Below, in pieces: positions 39,017 to 53,900 of a stretch of 64,000 nt of DNA (its first letter is position 1; every line of letters starts with the position of its first letter). A model generated the notes under the pieces. That model did no database searches, was not told the DNA's origin, and worked only from the letters and a program-made list of their open reading frames with translations. This DNA is from Marsupella aquatica (lineage: Eukaryota; Plantae; Marchantiophyta): the NCBI GenBank assembly GCA_973895155.1, contig OZ316896.1, positions 9,993,525 through 10,057,524 of the forward strand. The letters run 5' to 3'. The position numbers and the translations under genes are program-made.

Positions 39017-41252
39017 TTGTTGAAAAGTTTATTATCCATCTATTCATTATTCATTGAGAGTGAATTATTATTTGGTTGAAGGAAGGTCATGGCCATTAGA
39101 CTTACTATAATGTTCATCCTTTGTAATTGAACTAAGAATATATATTTTTTAGTAAAATCATTTTTTCCCTCTCAAGTTTACAATTGACCATTTAGGTGTA
39201 GAGTATTCCACTATAGTGTACATTTTAATCTTAAAAAGTGTATATTTAAAGACAAAAAAGTGAATGTTCAGAGGCCTAAAAGTGAACAAAAGATAATACA
39301 CAAGTTTTAATGAATAGAGTCCCTTGGTGTTTTGACAGTCTATGTCAAGTTCACCCATGTTTTCATCCAATACCTTGGTTCCCTTAGCTTTGTGCCTTAG
39401 ACCAACTTGCATGTGTGGGTGTTGGTCCTCATAAATGTGGCCCCTAGATGCAGCTAAGATTAGGGAAAAATCCCAGGAAAAAAGTAGATCTTGGATCACA
39501 AATTGATCTTATCAAGTGCAACATGACATGAGTATTAGGCATTTACTCTTAGGTCTTGGGGTTACAACTGTAATTATACCTGTAACTGTAGTTAGGGTTG
39601 ATCTTAGTCGCAGACTAGGTTAGGTTAACTAGGTTGCACACTATTAATATCCCAAGCGGTGTTTGCTTGGATAACTAAGGTGAACTTAGGCTCATTGTTA
39701 TGGAGCCAGTTGAGAGATAGAGATATTTTGTATTGCGAAGACTCAGTATGGCCGACAGACCTAGAGTGTACTAAAGCTCTCATGTGTTCCCATGGATGTA
39801 ACCTCAACTGAAGTGAACCATGTATCTCTCTATGTACATGTGCGTTATATGACCATGAGTTTGCCATTGTGAATGTCATATTTGCTCAACAATGAACTGA
39901 TTAGAGGTAGTATTTAAGGGTTGTGCCACACTTTCACAACATGTCACTTTCTCCCCTTCTGTGTAAATACATGAAAGTTGAAGGTTTGGACCTCAAGGGT
40001 CATAAGCTTTCCGGCCCTAGCCCTTGGAAGTACGAGTTCTATGGCGTCAGGCCTGGCATGCAAGGGGGTAAGGGCATTTTTCTCTCAGCCGTTTGTATGC
40101 TGTCATCAGTCAAGTTTAAAGCCAAATTTTAAAGGACCCATGACATGTGACTTGGCTCCTAGAGACTTCATGCATGTGAGATGGCCTAAAACCAATGGTT
40201 CTAAAATGCTTTGGTGGGAACTGTTTGTGGCAAGACAGTTCTATAGCTTAACCTTTTGGGGAGGCCACATCCTTCAATCCTGAAACTTTAGCCCTGCAAT
40301 TTTCAGCATAGCAAAACTTGTCTGCATTTTATCCAGAGTTGGTCCGCTGTTTGGTAGGCTTAATGCTAGGGAGTTTTGGCGCCAAGTTGCTAAGCCCACG
40401 TGCCCCACCTGTAATCAGTAATCTATTATTAAGAGGGTGGGGTGGGGGCATTACAAGAAGGTGGGGGCCGTTCAGTGCATCTTTATCCAACACAAAGCAT
40501 AGAGCCAGATGCACACACTAAAGTTAAAATGCCTGAGCCAAATGTATCAGGTGTTGAGATAATAAGTGCTAAGATCCTAAAATAACTTGGTCAATTGTAC
40601 TCGAGGAGGTCTAAGTTTTTGACAAAAAATCATGCACACATCAACGAAAAAGGGACTCAAAAGGGGCCCACAGGCAGATGACTAGGATCAGTAATGATCT
40701 TGCTTGATTGTGCCCCCAAGTTAGTGTAAACTGTAAAGTAAAGTGTGGCCTGTTCCCATTTCTGAATGGCTAGGATTACATCACATAGAAAAAAAACCAG
40801 TTTCACAGCCCACTTTTGTAGTTTATCTTAGTGCCATCCCTGTTTGCACAGGACCTGTGCAAAGTATTGATTGCTTTTCTTCCAGTAAAAACAATGCCAA
40901 AATATCACTCCTGTAAGTTTAGTATATAATGTACATGGAAAAGTCAGTGTTTTACACCAATATGCTCAGAACATCCTCATAGTGTCAGTGTGAACGGCTT
41001 GGACATGGCTCTGAAGAGTTTAATTACTGCGTTCAAGCAACACCCACTTAGTTACAAGAAAGCTTTCCAATTAAGGTTGGAGATGCGGTGACTTTAATCC
41101 TGTTCTTACTTTGTTTTTCAATTTTATTGAGTCATAAGCTTGGGTATGATCTCCAAAAAATCCAGTAAACATTGAGCTTGCATGTTGGCATAACATGCTT
41201 GCTATATACACTGTACAGAAAAAGGGCTACTCATTAAGACATTAAGCTGTAT

Positions 41253-44200
41253 TCAATAATGTATCCAGTAAGGTAATGAAATAGAGTAAAGCCTTGGAAA
41301 TGCTCTAATTAAAGCCTCCTTTATCTTGATGATCAACTTATGAATCTTTTTAGAACATGGTAAGGTGACGACAGACTGGGATTTGTGCAGTGGAGCAATG
41401 GAGCTGCTATATGGAGCAATAATGAGTATGTCTGCGTTATCTAGTATTTTCAGTGGCATGTCTTCCAGGCTCTTAGTCGAGCATGAAATAAATCTTTTCT
41501 CTACAATGGGATCCGATGGAGTTTTCTTGATTAAATTTCAATTCAGTTGAATTCCAGATACTGCCCCACTAGTAACTGAAGTTCTTTTGCAAAAGTATCT
41601 CGTAGGCTGTATCTTATCTCATTACGATTGGGACCCGGATTGGGAATGTGGGCAGTAAAATTGGCACTGGACTGGAAATGGGACTCACATGGTGTTCCTG
41701 TGATTGGATGCCTTGACATTCACTTTGTATCAAATGCAAAACTGAAGTGAGGTTGGAGAGTTGAGTAGCTCTGGTGGTCTTTAGACTCAGAGAACTTGAG
41801 CAAATCGCGTAGGACTGTTGATGATGTCTAGGTTCCTGCTGTCAGTCTCTGTCCATGGTTAATTGAATTAGACCAAAACGTTTCATGTAAACTGGCTGGA
41901 AGGTATTAGAGTGTTCATGACAGTTGTCTACGTTCGATCATTCAGACGGTCGAAAACAAGAAGTACTCGGCGAAGCCTTCCACTCAGATGGATGCATGCC
42001 ATTTTACTTTGAGACAATTCTGCCCATCCACTCGCCGCAGTACTGTTCCTTCCGTTTCTATGGGCGAAATCACTGGTGTGACATTTGCAGTCTGGATAGG
42101 AAAACACTACAGTAGAACAAAGGTAATGGCTGGTGGTTTCTATTAGGCACAAACCACTGAAGAGGATAATAATTATTATGAAAGAGCGGCACTCCATCTT
42201 TCGGATTCATTTTGGTTGTCAGAATTGAAATGGTAAAGAGCTTAAAATTACCACTCCACACATTTTGCCTTTGCAAGAAAGAATTAGCATTTACTGTAGA
42301 ATGGGCACAATCTCGATTGTCTGTAGAGGACTAGATGTTTTGAACGATGGCTCAGGCCTCACCGTGCTGATGCATGTCTTGCTGGAATGATGTTCGAGTC
42401 TCCGACAAGTCCGCCCATCCGTTCTTCAATGTCTACACCAATCACAAAAGGCTTGTCCGCACGACATTCTTCGCTTTTGTCGGACATGAACAAAGTTACC
42501 AAGCACTGTTGTTCTACCCCAACAACGGGGACTGGGGTGCCTACGAAGTCTTGGGCAAACCATTTTGTCACAGACAACACATTAGTAAAACTTGAGGGGA
42601 CAATCACCACCAATGACAAAGGTGTCATGTACCTCGTGTGAAGTCTTGTAAAAAACGGAATGCTTAGGGTTTATGACTTGAGGTATTTGTCAGAATCGGA
42701 GAGGCAGGAACAGATATTTGTCCTCAAGTCATAAAGGACAAATGCCTCAATCAGAAGGATACAGAGAATCTCACAAAAGCGGGCGTGTTTCCGTGAAGCT
42801 GAATTGAGTGGAGAACATCATGCTCTCGTCCTTGACAAAATCAAAGTACCTCGTGCAATCAATCGATCCACCCAATCTCTCTTCGAATTATTAGGAAATC
42901 TTTCCCAAAACAAAAACGAACCAAAAAACACACCCTCTGTTTTGGTTTGCTTGCTGTACAGTATCTGTAGCTTGCACCAGTTTGCACTTGTACGTCAAAC
43001 CACCTTAGCCGGGCACTGAGATTGCCTGGGATTGTAGAAGCTCTACATCAAACATTCGAACCCGGGCACTGAGATTACATGAGATTGTATGAGCTCTACA
43101 GGAGATTTGGGATGCAAGCTCTCGTTGATGTTTCTAGAGTTGCATGGGCCTGGAGTTTGGCTGCCAGCTGCAAAACGGTTTTACGGCACAAGCTTGGAAA
43201 ACTTCATCATATAATGTAGTCTTCACATTCATGTCAATGACATTGATAGGCATCTGTTGATACTCCTGCATTCACATTCGTTTGCTTTCAAGCAATTCTT
43301 TGTTCTAGGTGCGGATGATGAGCTGTTAGCAATAATGGGTTGGTGTCACAGAGACTTAGAAGAAACAGGCGGTAAATGTCTTTGTGGAAGCAAAGGCCTA
43401 GGATTGTGTGGCAGAGAGTCACGTTCTCTTTCCTCCGGTGGCAATTAGCGGCCTAGATGACTTGACGGTTTATTTGGCATATCCTGTTGAGCTCTGAGCA
43501 GAGACAGGGAGCAGAGCACCTTATGATCAGGGCGAGTTTTACTGTGGAACGTCGCACGCACTCTTTGGAGAATTTGGGTTAAGATCATAGCAAAGTTTGG
43601 TTAAGTTCTATTTGGATGTGATCGAAAGAAATCTCTGTTTGTGAATGATGGACGGCTGCTGACTGTAATTGTATTCTCCTAGTCCACTACTGGAGCATAT
43701 CTGGATCATGGAAGGCAGTTAAGCACGTTCACAACGTAACATTACTGGCCCTCTTACGAAAGATCCTAGATGAATGTCAATTCCAGTGACATTACATTGT
43801 GATTCGAATCAATCGCACGGCCAGTATCTAATTAAGATCGCATTTTATGATGAGCAATTTTGTAGAGACGTTTGTAATCCCAGAATTCTCAGTTGCTTTG
43901 TGTTTTGTTGTTAGCAATGTCTGGCTAGATTTTGTAGGTTTGATTGAACGTGACAAGCATGTGAGCAGAGTCCAAAATGCGAATTTAAAAAGAACACCAC
44001 CCAGACTAAAGGATGCCCCACCAGTGGAAGGACAACCTAACAATGAGAATCAGAAACTCTAACATCCATTTCGTACTGCACCTCGAATCCAAGATCGCCT
44101 TGTGCCTGGAGCCGGCCATTTTGAGTATGAATAGAAGTTATTCGAATTTCCTTGGTACATATCAAGAACTCTTACTCTTCTATTCTCAATGCCTTATCAT

Positions 44201-47000
44201 TAAACAAAGTATAGAAGCTCTCTAAGAATGCTGGGCAACGTACTCTATTTACTCGTCTTTTTAGCTTCACTGTCTCTCATTAGGAAATGTAATTGAACCT
44301 ACTGATATTTAGCTGGGACCTACTGTACAACTGCACAGCTGAGCCGGTATGTATTGAGTCGCTGTTGCATACTTGCTACGATGGTGTCATTTGAAGATTC
44401 CCACTTTTGCGCTCACTTGTGACTTTGGTTGCCAAGATGAGGGCAAACCACCTCACTACTTCATCAATGAGAAAACCCTTGTGCGCTGTATCAAGTTTCT
44501 GACCCCTGCATTAATGCGAAACTTGCACCAGACCGTCGTCTTCACTATGACAGGAGGAGCATAGCTGTACCTTCTGAGAGAAGACCACCCTGACTTTTGG
44601 ATGTCCTTGATATCCGTAAAACAACGGGAGAACCAGGAAAGGACTCGTATTGAGCGTAGTCCAGTACACAGGACGATCCCAGAAAACGCAGCTCACAAGT
44701 GCAAATCTCGTATGAGGTTTGGGGACGGAACGTGCAATACTTTCCGGCTGGGTAATCACTGTATTGCATAATATGACACCGCCACTAACAAATTTTACCC
44801 CAGTCCGTTTTACAGAGCTACTTCTGCGACAAAGCATTCGCGTTAAGAGTCCAGAGGAGTTCCGAGTTCCGAGTAGTGAGCCAGGAGCTGAAATTGATGT
44901 ACGCACTCTCTGTTTACTTAAAAGAGGCATCAGCTCAGGCATGGTTTCTGGCATATATTTCCATTCCTCAAGCTCGTTCTGTTCATCTGAGTCGGCGTTA
45001 TCGTCTTGACAGCTTTCATAGGCCCGTGGAATTGACATCCACAATTAAACAGCGACAAGAGAGGATATGATACTGACACTGATCGCAAATAGTGTAGGCC
45101 GTTCTGAAGTCTTCCACAAAATTTCCATCCAAGCTCCAATTTTTCCACCCAGAGAGACACCGACGAGAATTTCGTGTGATTGAGCTCGAATTTTCCCCGA
45201 AAATCTTCAGAGAATTCGGCTGTGTCTTGGGGAAGATAGTTGTGTTGCGACAGAGTTGCGTGGACGGCAACGAACACTAACTCGACAACGAGTCAGCACG
45301 GACTTTAATATTCGATGAAGAAGACCGACTTGATTCACTGCGAAGAAAATGACTGAAACGGATAAGATGATTGGTAGGGCGAAGACATTCTCTGCCTCAC
45401 AGCGGGCCTTACAAAGATCCCATCTCCCTGTCAACATTGCCAAACCGTTGAGAGTAGCCGATCAAACTCCCGAGACAAAGGTCACTCGCACAAGACTTGT
45501 CGATGTGCTGTTACCCTTGAACATATCCAGAATCGTGACCCACATGCCCAAGCCTGCTGTAAAACCATCAAGAATAAGTGTAAGCGGCACTGTTAATTAG
45601 AAAGGGAAAGACATAGTTGGGGATACATGGGAAGTACTTCATATGTCTTTCCATGAACTCAAAGTCTTCTGGAGTTGAAAGAAGAATTACAACTTCTTGT
45701 AAACGCCTGACTCGATCTCTTCAGCAAGTTGAAGCGTATCACCAGGCATCATTCACAAACGTAGAAAATCAGACGTTACGAAAGGATTTGGAATGCTTTC
45801 TTGTAAAACGCTTGATTCGATCAGCTGCGGTGCACGAGGCTAGCTGGATACGTCGTGATTTACTCTATCACTTGAGAAACGGGAGCTGTCTATGATACAG
45901 TTTGTCCGAATCGTCGATTAGAACCAGACCCTGTGACTTTCGTCATTGTCAGGCTTCGAAGTTTCTGAGTAAAACATTCGAACCCTTCAAGGAAGGCGCT
46001 CGGACAGCAGCAGGCTGTCAAGTACCATATGGCTGAGTGGGGTAACGCCAATGCAAAGGACGATATGTCCTCTACTATTATTCTGCCGGAAAACACATTG
46101 CACCTAGCATTCCACATTGGCCTCTCACCTCGCCCTCTCGTCGACTTACAGACCTACTACCCTCAACAGTGTGTCGCTGAGGGTATGGGACCCTTTTTAA
46201 TCTTAAAGATTGACAATTCACATGATCGCGCACTAAATAGCCTTGCCATGAGAAATGAAGAAAGATAATGCTGGTCCGGGTGGTGGTCCAAATTGTGAAT
46301 GGAGCGTTTTTCTTCAGGATTGAAAATTTGACATCGAGCACTGGCATGGCCTTGCCTAGAGAAATTTCTCTAAAGAAAGATATAGCTAGAAAGATATAGA
46401 CAATTCGTCCAAACTTGTGAATTGAAGCCTTGTTCTTCAGGATTGACAATATAACATCGAGCACTGGCCGTCATGGCCTTGCCTCAAGAACGAAAGATAT
46501 ATAGAGCTGATCCAAACCTGTGAATTGAAGCCTTTTCTTCAGGATTGACGATTTTGACATCGAGCAACGACAGAGCTGGTCCAAACTTGTGAATGAAGCC
46601 TGTTCTTTCAGGATGTACGATTTTGACATCGAGCACTGGCGTGGCCCTGCCTTGCCTCAAGAAACAAAGATACAGCTGATCTGGGTGCACGGAACCCATT
46701 TGCGCAACACGATCGACAGGATCTCCCACGTCGATGGACTCAGTGCTCTTCTCACCAGCCGTCCCACCGAATGATCCAGAGCCAGATCCAGCGCCCCCAG
46801 GTGCGCTGCAGTTGCATCCAACGAGCGTCTCTGCGGAAGTGGCATGGTAAATTTCCGTGAATCTCGTGGGCAACGATTTACAATTCGGATCGATACCAGT
46901 TTCTCTGCACGCTACAGTTTTGAAACCACCCAACTCAAACCAACCTCACAGGCTCCTCAAGAAGCACCGCCTCCATCCTTCTCTCGTGCGCTAACGGACT
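41253..47000 (-). pseudogene. Possible long decayed coding region of unknown family
   Basis: A chain of minus-strand ORF fragments (41253-41459, 42359-42628, 44511-45044, 44930-45277, 46484-46933) lies in balanced-composition, coding-looking DNA with many stops. I recognised no diagnostic motif. Confidence 0.3.
46285..46680. repeat. Irregular tandem repeat, 4 copies, spacing ~70-120 bp
   Basis: ccaaa(c)ttgtgaat(t)gaagcc...ttcaggat..(a/g)attttgacatcgagca at ~46288, 46409, 46512 and 46581. Confidence 0.85.
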
Positions 47001-50000
47001 TGAATCTCGCAAATGTACTTCGAGCACCAAATTTCCATTGCTCTCTCTCAATCCACCATCTCCACAATTCTACTTTGCCAACGCCGGATAATGACACGGA
47101 TCACGTACGAGGTTCCGACGATGCAACGATCAGAAGCCCAGATACGATCGACAGTTAGACCCGAAATTGTAGTTTTGTCAAGACCTGCTTGAAGACTTGG
47201 ACTTTGGAGGATCGAATTGAAACTCATCTTCCTCAGTCAGCAGCTGAGAGACTGATCAATCTTTCCCGAAGATGGAGTTCTGTCCAGCTAAGTTGCAGGA
47301 CGGTGCTGGGACATTGGAAGCTGCAGCCTCAGTCTTCAAATAGAGCTCACAGCAGGACTGGACTGAAGCTCTCGATCTACTGATGAGGCTGGTCGTTGGT
47401 GGATCCAAATCGATCCAAGTGATGTCGAACTTGCTAGACTGCTATTGCAGATTCGAGAGCGAGAATGAGAGAGGGACAATGAGTGAAGACGGGACTGAAA
47501 TAATACTTTTGACCACCATCATCAATCGTTGACGATGGGCGTTGAGAGCAACCCACCGATTCCTACGAAACCAACTCAATATTATTATTACAGCCTTTTT
47601 GGCGCAATAACGTAGCCTAACCTCCGGATCATGAAGGGGAAGTTAGGCAGCTTGAGCCCGTTCGTTGTACCCATAACAATGGATTTTAGTGGCTACCGAA
47701 ATTCCCAACCAGCTGTTTAAAGTGGGACTTTGTTAGGAGAAGAATTAGTTTGGGTAGGGGATGAATTACAGCATTAAGGGCTTACTGTCCCCTTTACTAG
47801 GTACAGGGCGACCCTATGTGGACCCACATATGAGAGGACAAAATAGTTATACCATACAATCGTAAACTAAGGGTACAATATGCCTTTGCTAGTATTTTCA
47901 AGTCATGTGGGATCTGACATTTTGCTATGCTGCTCAGCTTTGCATTGAAACCATATAGCTCATGCAAGAAGTAAAAATCTGCACGTGGAGAAGAGCGTGA
48001 GAGGGCAAGACCATAATATTGTATGCATGACCTTAAGTAGTTGCATATTAGGGTGTCTCAAAGCTTGGAAATTGTGTATGATGGCTTTTGGCCATAAATG
48101 AATCAATGGTCTTAACTTTTTCATAAGGGTTATGTTAAAGTTTGTTTGTTTTTGTTTTCATTAGCCCCTAGAGTGACTAATGGTCATGGCATAATGACCA
48201 ATCTTTACAGCAAAAAGTGGTGGACAATGGATTCGGTAGTCTGTAACTCTTTCTGCGCAGTCTGTAACTCTTTGTGCGAATATTCCGTAACTACAGAGTT
48301 AGGGTCCATCAAATTCTGCGCTTTGATACTGTCTATTGGAATAGGTTTTCTTGTACCCATAAAGAAGGATTTTAATGGCCACCAAAATCCCCTGCCAGCT
48401 GTTTGGAGTGGGAGTTTGTTAGGAGAAGAATCAGTTATGACTAGGGGGTGAAGAATTGCATATTGGAACAGGTTTGAATATAGAGATGAGAGGATTGTGA
48501 ATGAAGTGGGTTTAAAGATAGTTAGGACATGTTTAATTTCATGGAAGACAAAGAGTACTACATTATTCATGGTAAGAGTACAATCATGCAAAACATTCAC
48601 TTGGTACTCCCATGTCCATACATTCTATGAGATTCCATGCACCATTCTATAGAGTCTATACAAAATGATAACATACTCTAAATATTTGAATTTTCTGCTA
48701 CCAGAGACTCCATGGCCTCACTTTACACTGGGCGTATGGAGTCAGGAATGGTAGACTTCAGCTGGTAAATTATAGTATGGATTCAGTGTCATAAGTTTTT
48801 TAAAAAGGACTACAATTGACAGCAGATTTCTTTAGAACAAGTTGGAGCCTTGAGTGCAACAACTTAGTTGAGATCCTTCAACTTGTCTTATAAGGAAAGC
48901 CATGAGATGGAATTTGATGTGTTGTACACTTCAATATTTACCAAACTTATGGCTCTTGGATTTCCTATTGGAAAAAGAGCTTTTTAGGTGGCTTTCTATA
49001 CCCCCGTCTATACCAAGCATTAAGTGAAGTCGTATATATGACAATCATGTGTTACAAAAAGTTTGGTAAATATTGTAAGTTTTGAAACTCTACGTACAAT
49101 TATTTTTCAAGCACCAAGCCTGGTTGCTTTAATGAAAAGTGTGTTACATTGGGACAACATATGTCACTTGTATTTGTCCAAAGGCTATTTGCAGTTTTGG
49201 ATGCCATATTTCTCTAAATGCATTTCAATTTTGAGCAAGAATTTGAGTCTGAGTGTGCTGTACTGTTGTTTGCTGCTCCCATCTCTACGAGTAAACTATT
49301 CCATTTGAAAAAATACACCCAACTAAAGGAGGAATTTAAGAAAGGATCGAGGGAATTGAACAAGGTAAATAGGAGGACCTGGGAACTCAATGCTCAGTGG
49401 GAGGGGCGCAGGGCAAAAGGATGAGGTTACGGAGAGTTTTTTTTTGGGTTGAAGTTTTGGGTCTAGATAAGGGAGGGGAATTGTGTGTGGAAAGGAAGAT
49501 ACCTGGTTTAGGTAGTCAGATATCAGGAGCACTGTTTTTTTCGCTGCACAAACTTGCCAAATTGCATCTCAATGAAAATTGTCAGGCTTTTGGTCTTCGA
49601 GTAGCCAGTTGCCCATCTAGCCACAGACCCAATCAACAGAATATAATGTGACGGTTATCCTTGAATCGATGGAGATCTAAGAGTCAGAAACGAATCTAAG
49701 AAAATCAGAAAATAGTATTCCTAGCATCTTCCTTTGCATTTGCCACCTTCGCAAAAAAAAAAAAAGGAAACCTAAAATTGTCAGAAAGCTCTCCATGACT
49801 CCATCACAACTTTAATGATTGGTCAAAGATATAACCACTTTAATCAATCCAAACTCCAAGTCATGAAGGAAACATGGCAGATCGAAATGCAGAATGCTAC
49901 GGAGTGAGGTAGAGAAAGAAACTGAAGTTTGATGTCAACTATCATCTCACATGCATTTTTGTAGTAATGAAACTATTCTGTGAGCTACGGTCAAAGATTC

Positions 50001-50844
50001 CAAAAACCTTGCCATTGGCAACCATGGTCCAACAAGTATAGTGACTTTTCCAGTCAAATCCTGAATTCCTGATGGATGTGGCCTCGATGTTTTAAGAGGT
50101 GGTCTTGATGTAAAGACTGATATTTCAGGGTATACATTGTTTAAAATAAAATAAAAACTAAATCAGGACCGGGATGGCACATACGCAACAAAGCCACCTT
50201 CTTACATGGTGTCCCAACAAAATAGTGTAAGTTTTTATTTTCCAAATAGAAAGCCCTGCGTACTTATATATAATCTGAGTGCAAACCAACAAAAAAGCCA
50301 AATAGGGAGACCGGTCCCAAAGGCAAAGCAACCCAATGAAGGGAGACGGAGGGGAAAAGGTCCATGCACTAGTAATATTTGGAGATAACATACTAGTAAT
50401 ATTTGGAGATGACATTTGGCCGTAAAGGAATCAATGGTCCTAACTTTTTCAGAAGATTATGTAAAAGGATTTTTTTGTTTTTTTGTCACCGGCCTCAGTG
50501 ACTGATGGTAATGGTTTATGACTAATCCTTATGGCAAAAAGTTATGGACTATCAATAGTCTATAATTTTTTGTGTGGTAATTTTCTGTGTCCCAAACCAT
50601 AATTTATCAAATTGTGAGCTTGAGATGTCTATTGGCAAATGGTAGAGCTCAGGTGTAAACTGCATAGGAGAATCAAGCAAAGGATCTTACTTAGATACCC
50701 AAAATTAATTCTACATTATGGATAATAGTGAAACCTCGTGCCTGATGAAGCACTCGCTGCAGACACCCACTGTCCTGACAAAGGCAGACAGAGTGGGGGT
50801 TGGGAAAGGAGTGGGGGTGGGGAAAGGCTGACCACTTGACATAC

Positions 50845-50943
50845 TGAGCTTAACAAGAACACAAGACCCGGTCAAATGAGCTTAACAAGAACACAAGACC
50901 CGGTCAAATGAGCTTAACAAGAACACAAGACCCGGTCAAATGA
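50845..50943. repeat. Perfect tandem repeat, 3 x 32 bp
   Basis: tgagcttaacaagaacacaagacccggtcaaa at 50845, 50877 and 50909. Confidence 0.95.
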
Positions 50944-53900
50944 CTGGTGCAACACCCCAAAGACCTGGGGTGAAAAGGTCCCTGGGTAAATGCATAAGCC
51001 TCCTCTTTTAGTCTAGCATTGCTCGCGGCATCATGGCCTCGGACATGGGCAGTTGACCCCACATTGGTCCCAGTAGTAGTAGGGTCAGCTTGGGACAATG
51101 GGGATCTTAGCCTTTGTTGGGTGGACTTATTGATCAAACTCAGTGATTGTCATTACTGTCATTATTGTGTGCAGAAGGTGAGTGTGGTTCGCCTACGGTC
51201 AATGGAGTTGGAGTGTTGACCAAACTATGGATCTTTATTTGGGTCTGGGGCACTTCGTAATGGATATCAGCATCCAATGGGAAATGATTTGTGAGCACAA
51301 ATAGTGAGCATCATTATCATTATTCTGCAGATTTGGTCCTTTGGATCACTTAAAACCTTTCAATGGAGATACGGGCATAGTGAATCGGTTGGTCAAGCTC
51401 CACTTACTAGAACGTCGCCAACGTACTACTGATGATGCTGGGAAGGTAAGGGACTGCTCATCGGTGTCTCGGTGAGGCGTTTCACAGAATCATGTGGCAG
51501 GGATTTATCGTTACACGAAAAGGATGGCAGTAATGCATGGCAGTTCGCAAATTCAGCTTGACTCTGACTTTGGAGCAGCTTGAGTAATTGTGCATATTTG
51601 CGGGAATCGTGGGATAAGACGGTTTCCGACTCGAGGTATGCATCGGACAGTGAAGGAGCTGTGAGACGGGCTGTGAGACCGGATCAAAACGTCCCGTTAG
51701 TTCATTCCTTATTTTTGTGACGCAGTGTACGGGTAAAAATAGCTCAAACTCCTCTCTCTGATTTCCTGGTATAATTTCATGTCCATTTTCTCTAGATCAC
51801 AAGCACTATCTGTTATACTAGGCTCCGACCTGCAGATCAAACGCCATTATGAAGTAGGTCAGCCCACTACTCAAAACTGGAGATGTGATCAAATTTTTGG
51901 GCGGACCTATCTCTTGTGAGTGCTGTCACTTAATTGCTCGATATGAGTTAGCTAAACATTGAACGGTTAGTTTTATTTCCTAGCAGGCGTTTCAAACACT
52001 TGAGCTGAGTGCTGGTTAATTTGGATAAAGTCCCCGAGTCAATCGCGATCAAAACTTGTCATTCCCGGATTTCATTAATAAAAATTTGAAGTCACGGTGG
52101 AGCATATCGAAGTGAATTTGAACGAGCGTCCATTCTTTTCTGAATCATCGACAAAGGTATGCTACCTTGACGGAGTCCCCAGCGTTCGTTGCTTTGTACC
52201 AGACACAAGATGGCCCTATTTAGCTTATATATATCGTTTCTATCTCTGTACGTCCATAGTTATAGTCAAAGCAAAGGTTTAATTTAGAGCTTCCAAGGGA
52301 ACATTACAGAACAACGATAACAACGGGTGCAGATCATTGGATAACAGGTCGGGCAATGGAAATGAGGACAATCATGGACTGTTGAATATTGTCAACGGGC
52401 AGTCTCTAGCTCCTGACCTCATGAGGTGTTTCCGATTATTTTGAATAATTGGGACCAGCCACAGTCGATAAACCTGCTACCGTTGTGGGTTGAGACTCGA
52501 CTTGAGCGACGTACTCAATTTTTGAGGATCTGAGTGATTGTCATATATTGACGTGGCAGTCACCAAACTTCAGGTACAGGCTGTGACGTCAAGAGGGCAA
52601 TATTAATACCCATTAAGTCTTTATTGAGGGATCGGAAACTCACAACTTTGATTAGCTCTTCCTTAACACTCATCAGGAAATAGCTCGGCAATACATTCGG
52701 GATAAGCGAATACCAAAGGTAGTAACTATATCTCGAACCATATCAAAAGGGGTCCTTCGTTCGGGCTACGCAATGTGCGTTTTCTTCGAACTTCGTAGGG
52801 ATACTTATTACTAAACTGAGTCCTTCCATTAACTTTTTTTCCCTCTAGTATTGAAGCTCCTCTCTTAATTCTGTGCATGGCAATAGCCGTGTCCAATGAG
52901 TTGTTGCAGGGTCAATCAGATCCAGACTTGCTCACCATATTTCAATGTTTAATTAAAGTTCCACCAAGATGCTTTCAAATAGCGCGAGTCTGTAGTATAA
53001 TGATATGAAGGGTTGCAAGTAGCTTTCGAATGAATCCAAGTTGAAGGTCAGAGCCTTCCAGGTTCAATCTACCTCCTCCTCAGCCTATTATTTCCCTTCC
53101 ATGCATCAAAGCAAGAGATTTGTCAGCATATCTCTACAAGTCCACATGCAATGTTGGCCATCGCAGAGCTCGAATAAAAGTAGACCGTGCATGGAGAGGA
53201 ATTAATCCTTTAAGCGTCCAGTGGGGGATCTGCTAAAACCTAGGAGAGATGGTCAATCAAGTTTTTGGGGGCAGTTTAGCTGTCCGGTAAATAAAGATCA
53301 GAACAGTCAGCCTCGCATTGCTCACTTCCGCTGAGAACTAGAAAGGATATTGCTCGAATGATGTTAATTCTGTGAAAGCATGACACAGCAGTGATGACAG
53401 AATTTGTGATTGTGCACAGTTCCGGTGCGTGCAAAGTAACGAAAAGCTTTGAGACAGTGCCGGTGCGTGTAGAGTACTCAAATCCTATCAACTCTTAGTT
53501 TGCCGAGTGAACTAGGCCTCGTAGGCGGGCTCCAAGGAAGCAAGGATGAGGAGATATACTCCAAGTGATATCTGGGTGCACTTTTTCTACCTTGATTTGT
53601 GTAAAAGGAAACTCTCCTAAACATTTAATTGTGGACCTCAAACAGTGGCTTTGAAGTTCAGATTTCACGCTCCTCAGGCTATACACATTGGTTGTTCCAT
53701 ACGATGAATTCAAGGAATGAGAAGGTTGATGCCATATAAATGTCAAGGTATGGACAGCGAATTTCACCTAGTACTTGCAACATCTATGCACGGAAGAAGA
53801 ACTCGGTACACACATGTGGTAGTCCATCCATCCTCACATCAATACTTATAGTAAATATTGGCAAAAACCACAACTTGCGGGGGAAGTGTCCAAGACCTCC

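Noticed and set aside
44004-44030. Frameshifted FHWWGHPLV resembling the WGHP motif of mononegaviral L proteins
   Set aside because: It needs a frameshift, and I found no KERExK or GDNQ motif in the downstream sequence I translated. This is insufficient to call a viral polymerase.
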